A stretch of 64,000 bases of DNA, taken from positions 558,001 through 622,000 of the forward strand of contig NOWV01000002.1 of NCBI GenBank assembly GCA_003344405.1. Direction: 5' to 3'. Within the stretch, counting starts at the first letter, position 1. Every line of letters starts with the position of its first letter. This document shows, piece by piece, positions 26,382-40,435 of this stretch. The notes beneath the pieces are model-generated. The model saw nothing but the letters and a program-made list of their open reading frames with translations. It was not told the DNA's origin and searched no databases. Made by a program: the position numbers and the translations under genes. Source of the stretch: Trichoplax sp. H2. Taxonomy: Eukaryota.

Positions 26382-29300
26382 ATGGATAAGGAAATTTTAG
26401 TTATCGATGGAGCTTGTGGAACCGAGCTACAACGGCTTGGTTACGATGTCGATGTAAGCTATGCTACTAACTTTATTCATTTATTAAATAGGGATAGACC
26501 TCATCAAGTAACTGTACTTTGTAGCAATGACTGGTGCAGTTGAAAATATAACTGCTACAGTACTGTAATCGAAAGCAAGCGTGGACCACTAGAAGAAAGC
26601 TGGACGTGGCGCTCAGACCCTTCGGGTGGACGGACGTTTGTTATACGATAGGCAGAAATGGCGAAAATAGTAACTTGGTATGGGATCTTCTGGATCTGTT
26701 TTCTTATTCACTACTATTAATTTAAAAGCATGTTATCATCTTATGTTGACTGCTTTCAAGCAGAAATTAGTAAAAGTGAACAGGATTCAATGTAATATTA
26801 CTTAATGTAGAAAATATAAGTTAATTACTGAATCGAGCATCTACATACTGAAGCAATAACAAATGTAAAGTGTTTGCAACATTCTTTAATGATAGGTAGT
26901 TGAAGTATCCGTCGGTCCTGTCCACGTTTTCTTCTACTGGGTCCATGACTCCATGTTGAATGCTAATATGCCTGTCCTTGTTGATCTCAGTATTGTAGTT
27001 TTTTGAATTAAATATAATTATTATAGGCGGTTTCCTTCATTATTCAAATAGAAGATGATAGGATTCATATATGGAGGGATTTCTTTTCAATTTCTTTGCA
27101 ATAAAATTGTTTAGGCAGATCCCCTATGGAGTGCAAGCTTATTGCTTACAAATCCCCAAGTTATCAAAGATTTACATACCAGGTACAGCTTACAAAAATG
27201 GTAGACCATAGTTTAACTCATTATAGTACAGTATATTACCAATTCCAGGAAGTATATCATCATACACTTCAATATCAATCAAGAAGTAATACTGTACTAT
27301 GTTATAATAAGCCAATTATTATAACTGACTACATGAATAACCGATTACCTTCATTGGTCCATCAATATCACCACTGGTATTATCAGATAATATAATAGCT
27401 AAAATGCGACATTTCTGCATGACAAATATCTAAAAATGATGATATAAGTGATCGTTATCATGGTGCGAGATACCTTGTATAGCTCATCAAATATTTTCAT
27501 AAACTTTATGTTATCAATTTTAAACAGTAAATATCCGCTATGATATCGTATTTATTCGCACTAGCCTGCACCTCATATTCGATATCAATAAAATTTTGGA
27601 TTTAAATTTTGCAGGTGATATATAATTATATAATCAGATGTATTATTTTCGTTTACCATAGCTACTTAAATGCTGGGGCAGATATCATTTTAACTGCTAC
27701 GTATCAGGTATGCTATGTCTATGAAATAGAGTGGATACGAAATATTTGAACTAAGATTAAGTCATACAGTACGCGCCAAATAGTTATACCATATCATGAT
27801 TATAGCATACTGTACTAATAGTATATCATCTGATTTCATACTGATTGCTAGCATGCATGCGGTATTTCTGGAAAAAATATCAAATTTTAGGACAATCTTG
27901 CATACTTAATTACTGCATTAATAGCATAGTGCAAAACATATTTCTATAAATTATCCCATTTTATCCAGGCTAGCATTCCTGGATTGGTACAATATGCTAA
28001 TTTAACAGAAGCTTCTGCCTCCGCAGTTATTGCGATGGCTGTGCGACTTGCCATTGAAGCCCGCGACGAATTTTGGGCAGAACAAAAGGTTAAGGAGTAA
28101 CTAGTTTATCAAAAATAGTAGTGAAATTATCTGTAGTAGAAGGTGTTTCCAATGTAAAAGTTCGGATTTATAACTTCTTCATTGAATATTTTACTTACAC
28201 GAATAATATTGTTGTTTTGGTACTTGTAGGCTTGTAACAAAAATGGTACATTATTTAATCAACATCAATATAGTATTAACATAGCAAGATTAGACTTATA
28301 AAACATTAGCTGAATTCAAGATGGTATGGTAAAAGTATCGTATCGCTTATACATTCATCATGCAGTTAGGCGCCCAAAGCCTCTGGTTGTTGGCTCAGTC
28401 GGCCCGTTTGGTGCTTGCCAGCATGATGGCTCTGAATTTCATGGTCGTTATACAGATGAAATGACCATTGAAGTACGCATCGAATATAATTATAGCTAAG
28501 ATTATTACTTTAACAGCAAATGATACGTAAGAAGTTGAAATAATTTCGTGAAAAGCTATAAATAAATTATTCTGAATTAAATGTTAATGTCACATTATTA
28601 GGAGTTAAAGCAGTGGCATAAACCGAGAATCATGGAATTAATACAAAACGGAGTAGATCTTATTGCTTTCGAGACCATCCCAGCAGAGGTTTAAATATTA
28701 TGCATTATTAATTATGCCGATGTTGCATGTAGATGATACAAATGACACTATAATACTACAGAATACCTAGTAAACTGTATAAGTGATAAGTGTGATGAAT
28801 TACTTCACAGAAAGAGGCGATCGCATTAATACAGGTACTAGAGACATTTAGAGGTGTGAAGGCATGGCTATCGTTCGTCTGTAAGGTACCATAAAAAGCT
28901 GATCATAATATATATAAAGTTTAGCAGTTTTCTTTATATTTAAGTTATTGTCATTAATACAACTATGGTTGATATGTTTATAGGATGATTTACATTTAAA
29001 CCATGGAGAGCTATTTGCTGATGTGATGGAGCGATTCCGAAATCATAACCAAGTAGGTTTTCTTTTACTTTGCAACTTTGCACAGTGTATTGTAATTATA
29101 ATGAAAACATCTAAATACCTGAATAATATCAACATAGATTGTTGCAATTGGAACTAACTGTACGAATCCTCAAAATGTTGACGTAAGAATCGTCTAATAT
29201 TATTGCAGAGTTAGAGAAATTACAATACTCTTTGTCTGACGATTTCTTATCTATTACCAGAATCTTATTCAATCCTGCAAAAGATTAGATGCTTACGATA

Positions 29301-29717
29301 AGCCATTTATAGCATATCCTAACAGTGGCGAATCTTGGAGTGTTGACAGGTGTATTAGATGAGATGCGACCCTAACATAATTATACTTTAAGCACATCGA
29401 GCTATTAAACTATCTATAGTACGTTATTACACTTGATAAATATTTTACTTTTATTTGACCAAATTTTAGATGGGATCCGACAATTCCACCAGTCGAATTG
29501 AGTGATTATGTACAAAGGTGGATAAAGAAGGGAATTAGATGGATAGGTTAAAAGAGACTTGCATATTTTTTCTCGGTGATTACTTTTGTATTTACGTATT
29601 ACAATCATTCTACGATTTTTAGGTGGTTGTTGCAGAACTACCCCATCAGATATTCTAAAGATTCGAAATAAAGTCGATGGAATTCCGAAATTAAAGGAAT
29701 CCAAAAGTCTAATCTGA
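26382..29717 (+). CDS. Homocysteine S-methyltransferase (MmuM/plant HMT-like, Zn-dependent), about 13 exons
   Basis: Spliced motifs VIDGACGTEL, DPLWSASLL, YLNAGADIILTATYQAS, GSVGPFGA..HDGSEFHG, DLIAFETIP, AIGTNC, YPNSGE and IGGCC (Zn-binding cysteines). Confidence 0.92.
26582..26945. mobile_element. Candidate MITE / non-autonomous DNA transposon in HMT intron 1
   Basis: Imperfect terminal inverted repeats: TGGACCACTAGAAGAAAGCTGGAC (26582-26605) versus the reverse complement of 26920-26945, TGGACCCAGTAGAAGAAAACGTGGAC. The interior is non-coding and there is no clear target-site duplication. Confidence 0.5.
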
Positions 29718-30560
29718 TACAGGAATAATTCCTACGTAAATGTCACCACTGTACTTTATGGCCATATACATCACGTCGGTATAACTAGTTAATTGATCGT
29801 TTGCATCTATTTCGATGCTATCAAGAAAACAGCACATATTTTCACGCTAATATTTATCGAAATGACATTGTGTAATTACAGTAATATCTATATAGATATC
29901 TATATAGTATTCTTTATGTTCATAAACTACTATAAATAGGCGGCAAAATCGGTAACTAAAAATTTTAATAATCTAGACTTAGCATCAACATCTTGTATCA
30001 CAATCTTGTACTTTTTGTAGTTTTGTTAAATATCAGTAATTATCTCCTATAGCATAAAACGTAACACCTGGGCATAAAAAGTAATTTCTTTGATGTTATA
30101 TTTTAAAGCAAGAGACATAACAAAATTATTCAACAACAGATTGAAATTTAAAATATTTACCCGGTATTATAAGACCGAGAATATAGATTTATATGTTATA
30201 AATCGGTTGTATCCATAAAGATTTTTTAAAGCTATCTAAACGCAAGTATAGTATAAATTATTATATTCAATCATTTCAATAATTACGTAGCTTTGCATAA
30301 CTTTATAATATATAAAGCCGAGACTAGTATTGAATTATAAAATCTACAACATTGGCTATTTATGAAAGGCATATGCCGTATATCATTGAAAGAGAAATTC
30401 AATCAATTTTAATAGGCTGTACAATCTAATAAATAAATTTTTAGTATTGAATTATTATAAACTACAATAAAAATGAAGCAATCGTATTACTTTTGCTGCG
30501 ATATTAGATCAATTTTCTGTATCTTTACAAAAGTTATTGTATGAAATATGTAGTATAAAG

Positions 30561-33500
30561 TTAAACAGCCGGCACGGTAGAAGTAGGCTTTAAGATTACA
30601 TCTTGACCAAACTTCCATATAGCAACCCTCCAGATAAATGGGGCAATTAAGAAACTTAACATGGTGATAGTCAGCATAATTAAGTACATCTAAAAGATTA
30701 TTAAAGATGAGAAGTAGATCCCATTAATTTGTTAGATACATTTTAAACTTACGTTAAAAAATATATTGTAAGAACTAAGTGCTGTAAAGTAATAAATCAA
30801 TATCTGATACTGAAATTATTATGACAACATAAATCAAGATGATTACCTCGCGAGAAATAAGACCCATCTCTTGTCCTCTACAACCTAAAACAAAAGCAAA
30901 TTCACTAATTTGTGCTAATCCAGCTCCTACAATCCAATGGATATTATATGTTCTTGGTAGCAAGCACGTCATGACTGTTACTCCAATGAGGAACTAGAAA
31001 TATAAACGATAAGGGTTTATTAAGCTTGAATATAGATATCGTAAATTCAAAATCAGTTTCTCTCATTACCTTAGAAAAAACAACCGCAAAAGTTACAGTC
31101 AGGAGAATTGTCCACTCGTACATAATAAATGTTGGAAATAAATGAAGACCTGAAATAGGTAAAAACGCACAATTTTTCTAAGTTAGCCTTGGCCCTACTA
31201 GAATAAATTGAGTAATGATCTCCAAAACACGCAAAAGTAAGTATTGCTATAACCTCACGATAATATTCCTGATTAGAACTGTAATTTTACAACTTACCCA
31301 TACATGTAAAAAATATACATGCAAAGAAATCACGTAATGGTTCTATCAGCTCTGTAATCTGTTTGAAAAGTCAATCGATTAATTTCGATGTATTATTGCA
31401 ATGATATGCTATACGTATTATCACTATTACAGCATTATAACCAGTATGATTTGTAACTATTTGCCTGGCGCTATCAGGCTACGTTTACTAATATTTATCA
31501 ATGTACAAAGAAGTTAATTATACCTTTTCAGCCATATGGTGACCTTGAGCACTTATCATAACACCGGCCATGAAACAGCCAAGCTCCATGGAGACATTTA
31601 GAGCATCCGTTATCTAATAATAGACCAATACACGCACATAAAGTAATAAGTCATAATATGCAGTTAATTTGTAATTAAACCAGGAAAATAATTAAAAATT
31701 GATTGCCATTCATTAATAACTTGATTCTCCTCTTACCAATAACATGCTATACGCCAATGCTAGTGCTGCAATGCATAGCATTTCATTGCTATTCAGATTT
31801 TGAATTAGTCTATAATGTAAGGATGACAAATATAATTTACAGTTAGCTTTGATCTTACTATAGTATAGTATTTCATCCAGGGCATACATTTTGGTCCAGA
31901 AAGAGAAGTAATTTTATAGTTTTATAAGTATTACATACATGATAGAGCAATACATAATACATATGATACTATCTATGAATAGATTGCCACACCTTAAAAA
32001 GACGTATAAAAATAATCGGAAATGATATTTTTAATTTCAAACCTAAAAAAATGGCCAACAACGTATCTGCTTAATATAAAGCACAATAGGACAAGGCCAA
32101 CCAATGATCCAATTAATTTCAGGCAGACCATAACTGTACCCATGGCTCCACCGTCTGCTGTTGCTGTTTTTCCAGCTAGCGCAGGCAAGATTGCAATTAA
32201 TAAGCCAAGCATAACATCTTGCATGACGAGAACGCCTAATAAATGACTCTCATAGTCCTTTTCTGGGCATCTTCCACCTACGAAATAAATCAATAAGCCA
32301 AAAATGTTGGATTGCTTTGATTTAGTATCAAATATCCAAAAATTAATAGGAAATGCTCACAAAGAGAATAAAATATTTGAGTCAATTATTTGCTAATTAG
32401 TACTTTTTAGTCTCATTATACTAATGGATTAATTCACCTACTTTTAATAGACGGACTGGGAGGTGTATTTTGAAAAAATTTTACAATAAGAGGTGTACTA
32501 GAAATAGATAACGAAGCTGCAACAAAAAATGTCTGATTGGGTTTAATGCCGAAGATAGCGCCCAAGATGAGACCACCAGAAACTAAGCCCAGTAGTTCTG
32601 CAGCTGTGCCAAAGACAGCAGTCTTCCATATCTATTCGAGAAAGATAAGCCGTACGTAAGGAATTCTTCCGTCTCATATATTTATCTTAGCAAAGTATAT
32701 AGTTGATTTCTATTAAGGTCTACATACCCTTTTAACACGATCTGGTGAAAATTCCATGCCAACAACAAATAAAATATACAAGACACCAAACTCTCCTAAG
32801 GTTTCAATTTGAACTAAATTCTAATTTAATCAGAAATTTAAATGATTGATTACAATTATTAAATTGTACGGAAAAAAAAATATATATTTCTACAAATGCA
32901 AATTCATGTTACCCGAGATGTGCCTCTTTAAAAGGAGATATAAAATGGGGATATAAAATTTTATATCTATACTGTAGATTGCGGCTTTGCAATATCCAAA
33001 AAGGTATAGTATGAGAATTGATCAAATACTGGATAAGCGAATAAATAATTGATAAGGAATGCAATCCCTCATAGAGAGTAGAGTATCATCGAATTTTCAA
33101 ATTAAGATACTAGTCCACGTTAGTAAGGTAATGTATCGATTATCGGCTGATTGCAAATTATCTCTATCATGAATTTTGTCGCAAAAGTAGTTTGTGATAT
33201 TGCCAAATGCTTTTCAAGTTGATTAAGGTAAATTCATGTATAAATATGCATGAATTTTTCATTTATGCATATTTAGAATAGCGTAGAGTAATTTAATACA
33301 GTACTTCAAGGATAGAAAGATAGCAGACATGGATGACTCTTATTTTACACTATCATAAAATAAAAGGTAGAAAAATTGAACATTTATATCCTTTAATTTA
33401 TGCTATCTTATAGGGGTAGTTAGTGAGTTGACATCATAACGATAGGAAACTGATCGCTTTAATATTCAATGGATGTTTTGTTACATAATATTTGATGAAT

Positions 33501-34749
33501 GAAAAACTGAATCTTTATAGCGGTAACTTTTTCATTTATATCGCCATGAAATAGCAAATACAAATTCAATATTGGATATTTATTATCTTGATAACTGAAT
33601 CCTATTTGAATATTTTGATGATTGCTAAAAAAATTTGGGACAGGTTTGAATAGTAGTGTAAGAATTATGTCTGAAAGAGAATCTTTCAGCGTACATATTA
33701 TCATTTTTAACAACTAACAGCCGGTTACTAACCTTTAATGCATTTTCTCCTGATGGGCCAAGAATCATACCGCATAAGATAAAACCAAACATGGCTGGTA
33801 AGGTTAATAGGGAACAAAACCATCCGCAAAGGAAAGCCATTAAAATGATAAAAACAATATCTTGTATAAGATGGTGATCTTCATGTGGTATAGTAGCATC
33901 TTTGGGTTTACTGAGGACATATTGATTACTTTTAGAATCAATCAAAATGGATAATCCGCGATCTTCAGCTCCATCTTCTTGGCTTCCTTTCTGATGTTTG
34001 GAATTGTCCAGGGCGTCAGCATCGACTTTAATGACAGCTTGTATTCTTGCACCTTTTAATTTTTTAGTCTGTTCAAAAATATCTTCATGCAATTCTGCTT
34101 CTAAGCGATCAGCAGCAACAATTAAACCTTGTACGACATCGTCCATAATTTTCCCCATTGCACCAGAATCGTCACTATCGGTTGGATCAGTTTGATTTTC
34201 GTATTTCTCTACTTTTTCAACAGCGTCCATATAACGTTCAGCTTGTAGAATAGCATTATACTCTTGTTCTTCTCTTAATGCAGCTTTACGTAATGATTCT
34301 AGTCGTCGTTTAGATGCTAATTTAAAGCCTTCAATGCTTTGATAGCCACCTCTCAAACTTCGTCGTAAGCTATTTAATGAGCTGTAAAATGTTTGCTCAC
34401 TTTCACGTAACTCGCGTACAAATATACGGAAAGTATTGGCACGAACCCGTTTCTCTTTTTCACCTAATCCTTGATTATCTTCTACTTTATGGATCGCTTC
34501 ACCTAATTGATTAATTACTTTACGATTAGTTTGTAGTAGAGATTCAACAGCGACACATGTTCGAGCATTCCAACGCTTAAAATAGCGCGTATCATTCGCT
34601 TTGGATATAGATTGATTATTTCGGTTTGATTTATGCGCATTGGGCTTATTCTTGTTAGAAGGCTGATTAAAACTGATTCCTAATTGCGAATATAGCGCTA
34701 AAAAGAGGAATGCCATCAACAGCCAGGATGATCGTCTAGTTTTCAACAT
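30561..34749 (-). CDS. TMCO3: Transmembrane and coiled-coil domain protein 3 (CPA2/KEA-like putative K+/H+ antiporter), multi-exon
   Basis: Signal-like N-terminus, a long coiled coil, ILIDSKSNQYVLSKPKDATIPHEDHHLIQDI, VQIETLGEFGV, LGVLVMQDV, SMELGCFMAG and GLAQISEFAFVL. The start ATG is taken at 34749. Confidence 0.92.
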
Positions 34750-36139
34750 GTTAAGAAATTGTCGAACGCAGCAACGCCGGTATGGATTGATTATTAATTT
34801 TCTGACTAGAATAGTCACCAGTTGCCTAGTTGAAAGAAATTCAATTAATCAAGGATATCTTTCAAGATCAATTGATGTGATTTATTGCCTGTAATCTATA
34901 TCCTACGGCATTTATATTAATTATCAAAGTATGCAACAGCTACATCTTCGTGTAGACATATAGAGTATGTTTTCGCAGGATAGCAATGTCTTTCGTATGG
35001 CTGTACAAGCTTAAAAAGACTATCAAGGCAGCTTAGTTTATCATCATTTTATAACACTTTTATAAAACTTTTCATAAACGTAGGTTTGTAAAAGTGGTGA
35101 TTTGAATAGCTTATGTTTCAGCAAGCTTAGCATGCATACTAAAGTAGTGCTGCTCGTCGTTTTATGAAACTTTTTCACAAGAATAGACGGTGCAGTAATG
35201 TCCAAGCTAGCCTAGACAAAGTTGATACTCTTATGACTATTTCTGATTATGATAGTTATTTCAGCGATATTGAAGTTGATCAAATTTGACAAATATCACT
35301 ATTTTCTCTTCACAATGGCAGAATCGAGAGTAGAACATTTTTTAAAAGAGCAATAACAGCCAAAAAATGCTCGCTTCTCCAATGTTATTAAATGGTTAAT
35401 ATTTCCTCAGATTGGCAGGTCGCTGATGGGTGAGGAATATTTAACTGGGTTCTAATATCATAGAACTAACCAAGTTGATCATTGTAACCATCTAAAAAAT
35501 TACAAACAAGTCGTTGCGAGATTGAACTCGTATATCCTCTCTTTTAGACTATCATTTCAATCTTAATGATACTAAGAATAAAAGACGAACTTCCGCTTGC
35601 AGTTAGCGTATTTTATATTTTCGGAATACGTAAAGTTGAACATCTAATAGATATGGTGGGTTTACGACGATAAAATGGGGTTGAATCTATACTATGGATG
35701 AAGATCATCAATTATTGATTCTTACTTCCATGTTGCTCACTGTTAGTCAATTCTTAGTACAAAATCACTATTAATGATGTCAAGGTAGAAAATATAAATA
35801 TTTCACGTCATGGATTTACCTTATGCTTAATAGTAACATCTGCTAAATACTATCTACGTTGTAACGTACTGCTGACTATAGTCGTTGTCGATTAACTTTT
35901 GCATCTTGTTAGATGTACGAAAGGGTTACAACATCAGAGATGCCTTTTTGATATCTCCACTGCCTTTTGATCGCTATGAGATGATTAATGATACTTTCTA
36001 CTAGCTTAAAACTGATCAAAGATTTCGAATTAAGGGAGGATACTTGAAACAAATCACGTTTCTAATAAATAGAAATGCTTTTACTAGGTATACAATAGCC
36101 ATATCAAGACTGGATATGGTTGTGTTTGTGTGAGTAAAG

Positions 36140-36525
36140 CAAAATACCGACTCAAACTTAAATTGATTAGTAAATGAAGCAAGATATGATATCGTACAAC
36201 CATATTAGAAATTAAACATTGCACTATAGAAATATGAAAAGTCAGCGGTTAGAACTGAAAATAGTTTAGCAAATGAAGAAGAATTGATGTGTTGCAACTG
36301 CATCAAAATTAAACTTAGCACTATAGAAATATAGAAAGGAAGAGACGGCTTTGAATTCAGACTCATTTAGTAAATGGATGCGAAACGGCATCTTAATTAA
36401 ACAACCAGAGCCTTAGAAATAGGCCTAGCGATGGTTCCAATTTAAAATTGTTTAGTAAATGTAAAATAAATGTTGTGTGCTATAGCTGTATCAAAATTAA
36501 ATTATGACAGCATAAATTATGTAAA
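36140..36525. repeat. Old degenerate tandem repeat, about 85-100-bp unit, about 4 copies
   Basis: TTAG(T/C)AAATG recurs near 36167, 36266, 36367 and 36452, and AAATTAAAC..GCACTATAGAAATAT near 36208 and 36306. Confidence 0.55.
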
Positions 36526-39500
36526 GGTGAAATGAACTTAAAATTGTTTCATGTGTCAATAAAAAGTAAGGTAGTTATTCGTGAATAAGAGAAATTAGTA
36601 ATTCTACATTGACGCTAGTTTATTGAATTTCAAGTAGCTTTTAAAGCTGTAACTTTAACACTAATTAATAGCACAATATTGGCTCGGTATGATTTACATA
36701 TAGATTAATTAATAATGATAGAAATTGGTTCGCGTAAAGGTAAAGAAAGGCTTTAAAGGAAGGTATGATTTTGTATTACTTTCTTCAACAGCAGCGCCGA
36801 TCATACATGTATTACAATCTATCATCTTCTTTTGCAACATGAGTTAGTTAGTGCAATAACTGGTAGCGGAAATGGGAAAGCTTAAAAAAGTGGGATGTAA
36901 TATTTTGTTTTTACCTCTAATTTGAAACATCCACAGTATATCATGTTATGATCAATCGTTATTTAATTTCAATTCACAATTAAGGAACGTTATATACAAA
37001 GTGAAAGTTAAGATGAGTTTTACAACGTTCTCACTATAATTTCTAGATTATATGGATAAAAATGAATTATCCTTTTGTTGGTGAATGAATAATAAACTAG
37101 TACCATGATAAAATTGAACGCTAGTACTATAAATCTAAGCGAAATTGCCTAAGAATGCCATTTTCTTAATACAATATGAGGGGAATATTTGTTGAAATAA
37201 AATTGTCGATATTGAAATAATAAAAGAAAAGACGGATAAAAGTTATTTTCAATGCATAAGAAATAATGATAAAACTGTATAAAATTAAGAGGGAAAATTA
37301 TTAAATTTGAAATGAGTTTACATTACTAGAAGAAAATATCGAATAGCTACCATTAAAATGACTCAAAAATTCTACCTTTTCTCTGTAGAATGACTTGAAG
37401 ACAGAATGGTCGAATAAAATAATTATTTAAAGGAAAGAATGTTACAGAAATGATGTATGACATATGAAATTGGTAAAGTAGACGTCATAAGTTGGAACAT
37501 ATGGTAGTACATATGGTTAGAACTATTTTTAAAAGAAAATAAGCCGAGGATGATATGAGGCAATAGGTTGTAGATCCAACTGTGCATCGGTATTTAATGA
37601 AGTAGTACTTACCCTTCCGACATTGACTAAGAGAATTGGCCAGTATCAAGAAGGATGAGATTGTTGCGTTGATTAATTAGCTAAGTACGCCAATTTAACT
37701 AGATTATCGTATCATGGATCATTTATTGCAAATCAATGGATGATTAATAATATCAAGCGCAGTCCGATAGGGATAATTATGATATGTAGTAGATCAGTAG
37801 GATTAGAATGCTAATCCGTTAGGAAAGAATAAGACTACAGTACGGGATGGATAATACTGTGGTTAAGCAACATGAACAACGAAAATTAGTAATTGTTTGG
37901 CCTAAATATGTGCATGAAATATTGCACTCAGTAAAGTAAACATGTATGGGAAAGTAGCGCGAGCACAGGCTTCTACTACTAGCTTTCATGAATAAAACTA
38001 GCGAATACCTTCTACAGCATGTCGCTACTTTCTATACTTTTATAGCGGCAACAGCGCGAGATTAAGAATTCTTTTCTAGTCTTAATCACTTTGTCGCGTG
38101 CTGCACCATTTACATTTCATACATGAAGTTGTTCTTCTTATGTTGAAAATGATTGTACTGTATATATACAGTATAGTATGATTAGTCGTTCGACATGCTA
38201 TTATAAACTAATGACCGAAATTTTCTTTCTTTATTACAGTTGTTTTGTGATAGCACAATTCTGATAGCATGTACCACAGCTTGTTAAATCAATGAATTTT
38301 TCTTCAATTGATTTATAATTATTGAAATTGAACGTATCTCTTGACTGCAAGATTTTGTAATTGTGCCCATTACTTCTGTGTTGGTATAGTATTTTATGAA
38401 GCACTTTATTCTGGAAGAATCTTCCCTAATAATACAGTGTACTAGCTGATTGTAATATTAGCTGGTCGTTGCTACTAAATTGCGTTTTCTAGCTGAGTCA
38501 GATATAGCTCTGTGATGGTTTGATGGGTAATGACAGGCCTAAAGTTACTAATATTGCCGTACCCTAAAATCGATTTTAGTATTCCTAGGGTTTGAATCTA
38601 TTTTAGGGAAGAAATTCGATTGCATTTTACAACAATATATTTGATTTACCATGACTATTTCATTATTGGCTTAATAGGGAAGAATATTGGCGTTGAATCA
38701 GGGGATTTGGTTGATGTCCTAAAAAGCGCTCTATTTTAGGTGTTGGCATCGTTAATTTAATTTAATTAATGTACTAACCAATTTCGCTTGGGCAGTCCAT
38801 TTATTTTACTTTACTTTATACGGGTGTACAGTAAATCGTATGGAGTATAGTCCATAGTTGGCCTAACTAAACATCCTTGTTAATAAATACATAGACACAA
38901 TATTCATTTACTTTAGTTATTTCTAGCACTTTATTTATTGATACAGTATTGCATTAATTTGTTTATCTTTCGGTTTAACCAGTATTTCAAATTGACATCC
39001 TTGCCAAGTATGAGGTTGAAGAATTTCATTTTTTTAGTAGGTCGATATTGATGTTTTAAAAGTGATTCTAGTTGGATATTTTTCTACTTTTCACGATTGT
39101 AGCATCTGTTATGCAGTTGAATACAAGTCAGAAGGACTTGTAGTGGCTACGGGTATTTTAAACTGGATTGATCTTGTCTCTACCTCTCCATGAAATCGAT
39201 TCAATCATGATGATAATATGTGAGCTAGTTTCATTCACTCTACAATTTCTTTTACTCAAGTCAATATACCTTGAATAAAAAGAAGGATACTGTCATTACT
39301 ATGCACAATAACATAATTCCAACGGTTGCATACTTGGTATACGCATAAAATCGTATCGATTAGAAAGCTACAGCAGTCATGAGGGTGGAGCATTATTTTT
39401 TCAAAGGCTTTTACCCAACTATAACGGAATAGACTTTGTACAGAGGATTAGTGAGGCACAGACCAGGAGAAGAAAAGCCAGATTTGCCTTACTGGCAGCC

Positions 39501-40029
39501 GGCCTACCCAATCTTACTGATGGAGGCGTTAGAATATAGTTTATCTAGCGTATGAATTGATCCTGTTGATTTTGCTTGAGTTATGAACGTCCACCTGAGG
39601 AAGAAATCTCTACCTCAATCATGGACTACTCCCAAAAAAGTTGATTGCTGCAGTATGATAGTCTATGACCGAGTTGACAGCGGGTCGTATTATCCTCAAT
39701 GATGATTAATTGACGATAATAGATCACTTTGACAGTTTATTTTTCCAGTTTTATGCCAGTTCACGTCTATAGTCTTTGAAAAATGGCATAAAACTTGGAA
39801 ATTTGGCTGTGAGAGTGGCCATCATAGAGGTAAAATTGTATTCTCCTATGGCTGTAAAACTACGACATTAATTCATTCAAGCCATTTCTGCTTCGTTAAC
39901 GTCTTAGTACTGTCACTATGCTGGTATGACCTTGCTTGACCTGACCGGATGGAGTGTGACAGCATGCTACTGTCACGCGCCGGCTCGTTGACGACAGGAA
40001 ATGAGTTGGAAAAATGAAACTTCATCGCT

Positions 40030-40411
40030 TTGTATCGTACAGTACTGAGCAGTGGTCTAGTATGCAACACTGACTAGCACATGCTAGAAGTTTCCAATGG
40101 GACACTCGAGAAACGGTCCTTAGAACGTTTCCTCGGTACCGGACCGGATCGGTATGACGCCATTTTGGTGGTGAACCAGTGCGAACGTGGGGCGTACGCT
40201 TCACTCCTATACACGTAATCGACCAACGTAGGGTCCAACATTGGGGGGGCTGAAGCCAACTGAGGCTGACACCAACGACAACGACAGCAAATCGTGCCGT
40301 GCCTTCTTGGCTTCGTTGCTACCTAAACACCACGATCGGCAGGAAGCGATTGACCCTACTCGTACGTCTGTGGTACATCTCTATCGTGCTCTTCTACCAC
40401 AAGTAGGTAAG
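40030..40411 (+). promoter_or_regulatory. Putative promoter and non-coding first exon of the glycogenin gene
   Basis: Locally GC/CpG-richer island with a YY1-like CGCCATTTTG at 40158-40167 and a donor AG|GTAAG at 40407. The glycogenin ATG (43457) is preceded by an acceptor TTCTAG at 43443, which implies an upstream UTR exon. Confidence 0.45.
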
Positions 40412-40435
40412 CCGCCATGATAAATCAGTGGATCA

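Noticed and set aside
34750..34818. Longer TMCO3 N-terminus in the ORF track
   Set aside because: It begins at a GTG codon. The first ATG at 34749 gives a plausible signal-peptide-like start.
39873..40259. Three short minus-strand ORFs in the GC-richer island
   Set aside because: They overlap in all frames as expected from fewer stop codons in GC-richer DNA. They have no recognisable motifs or splice partners.
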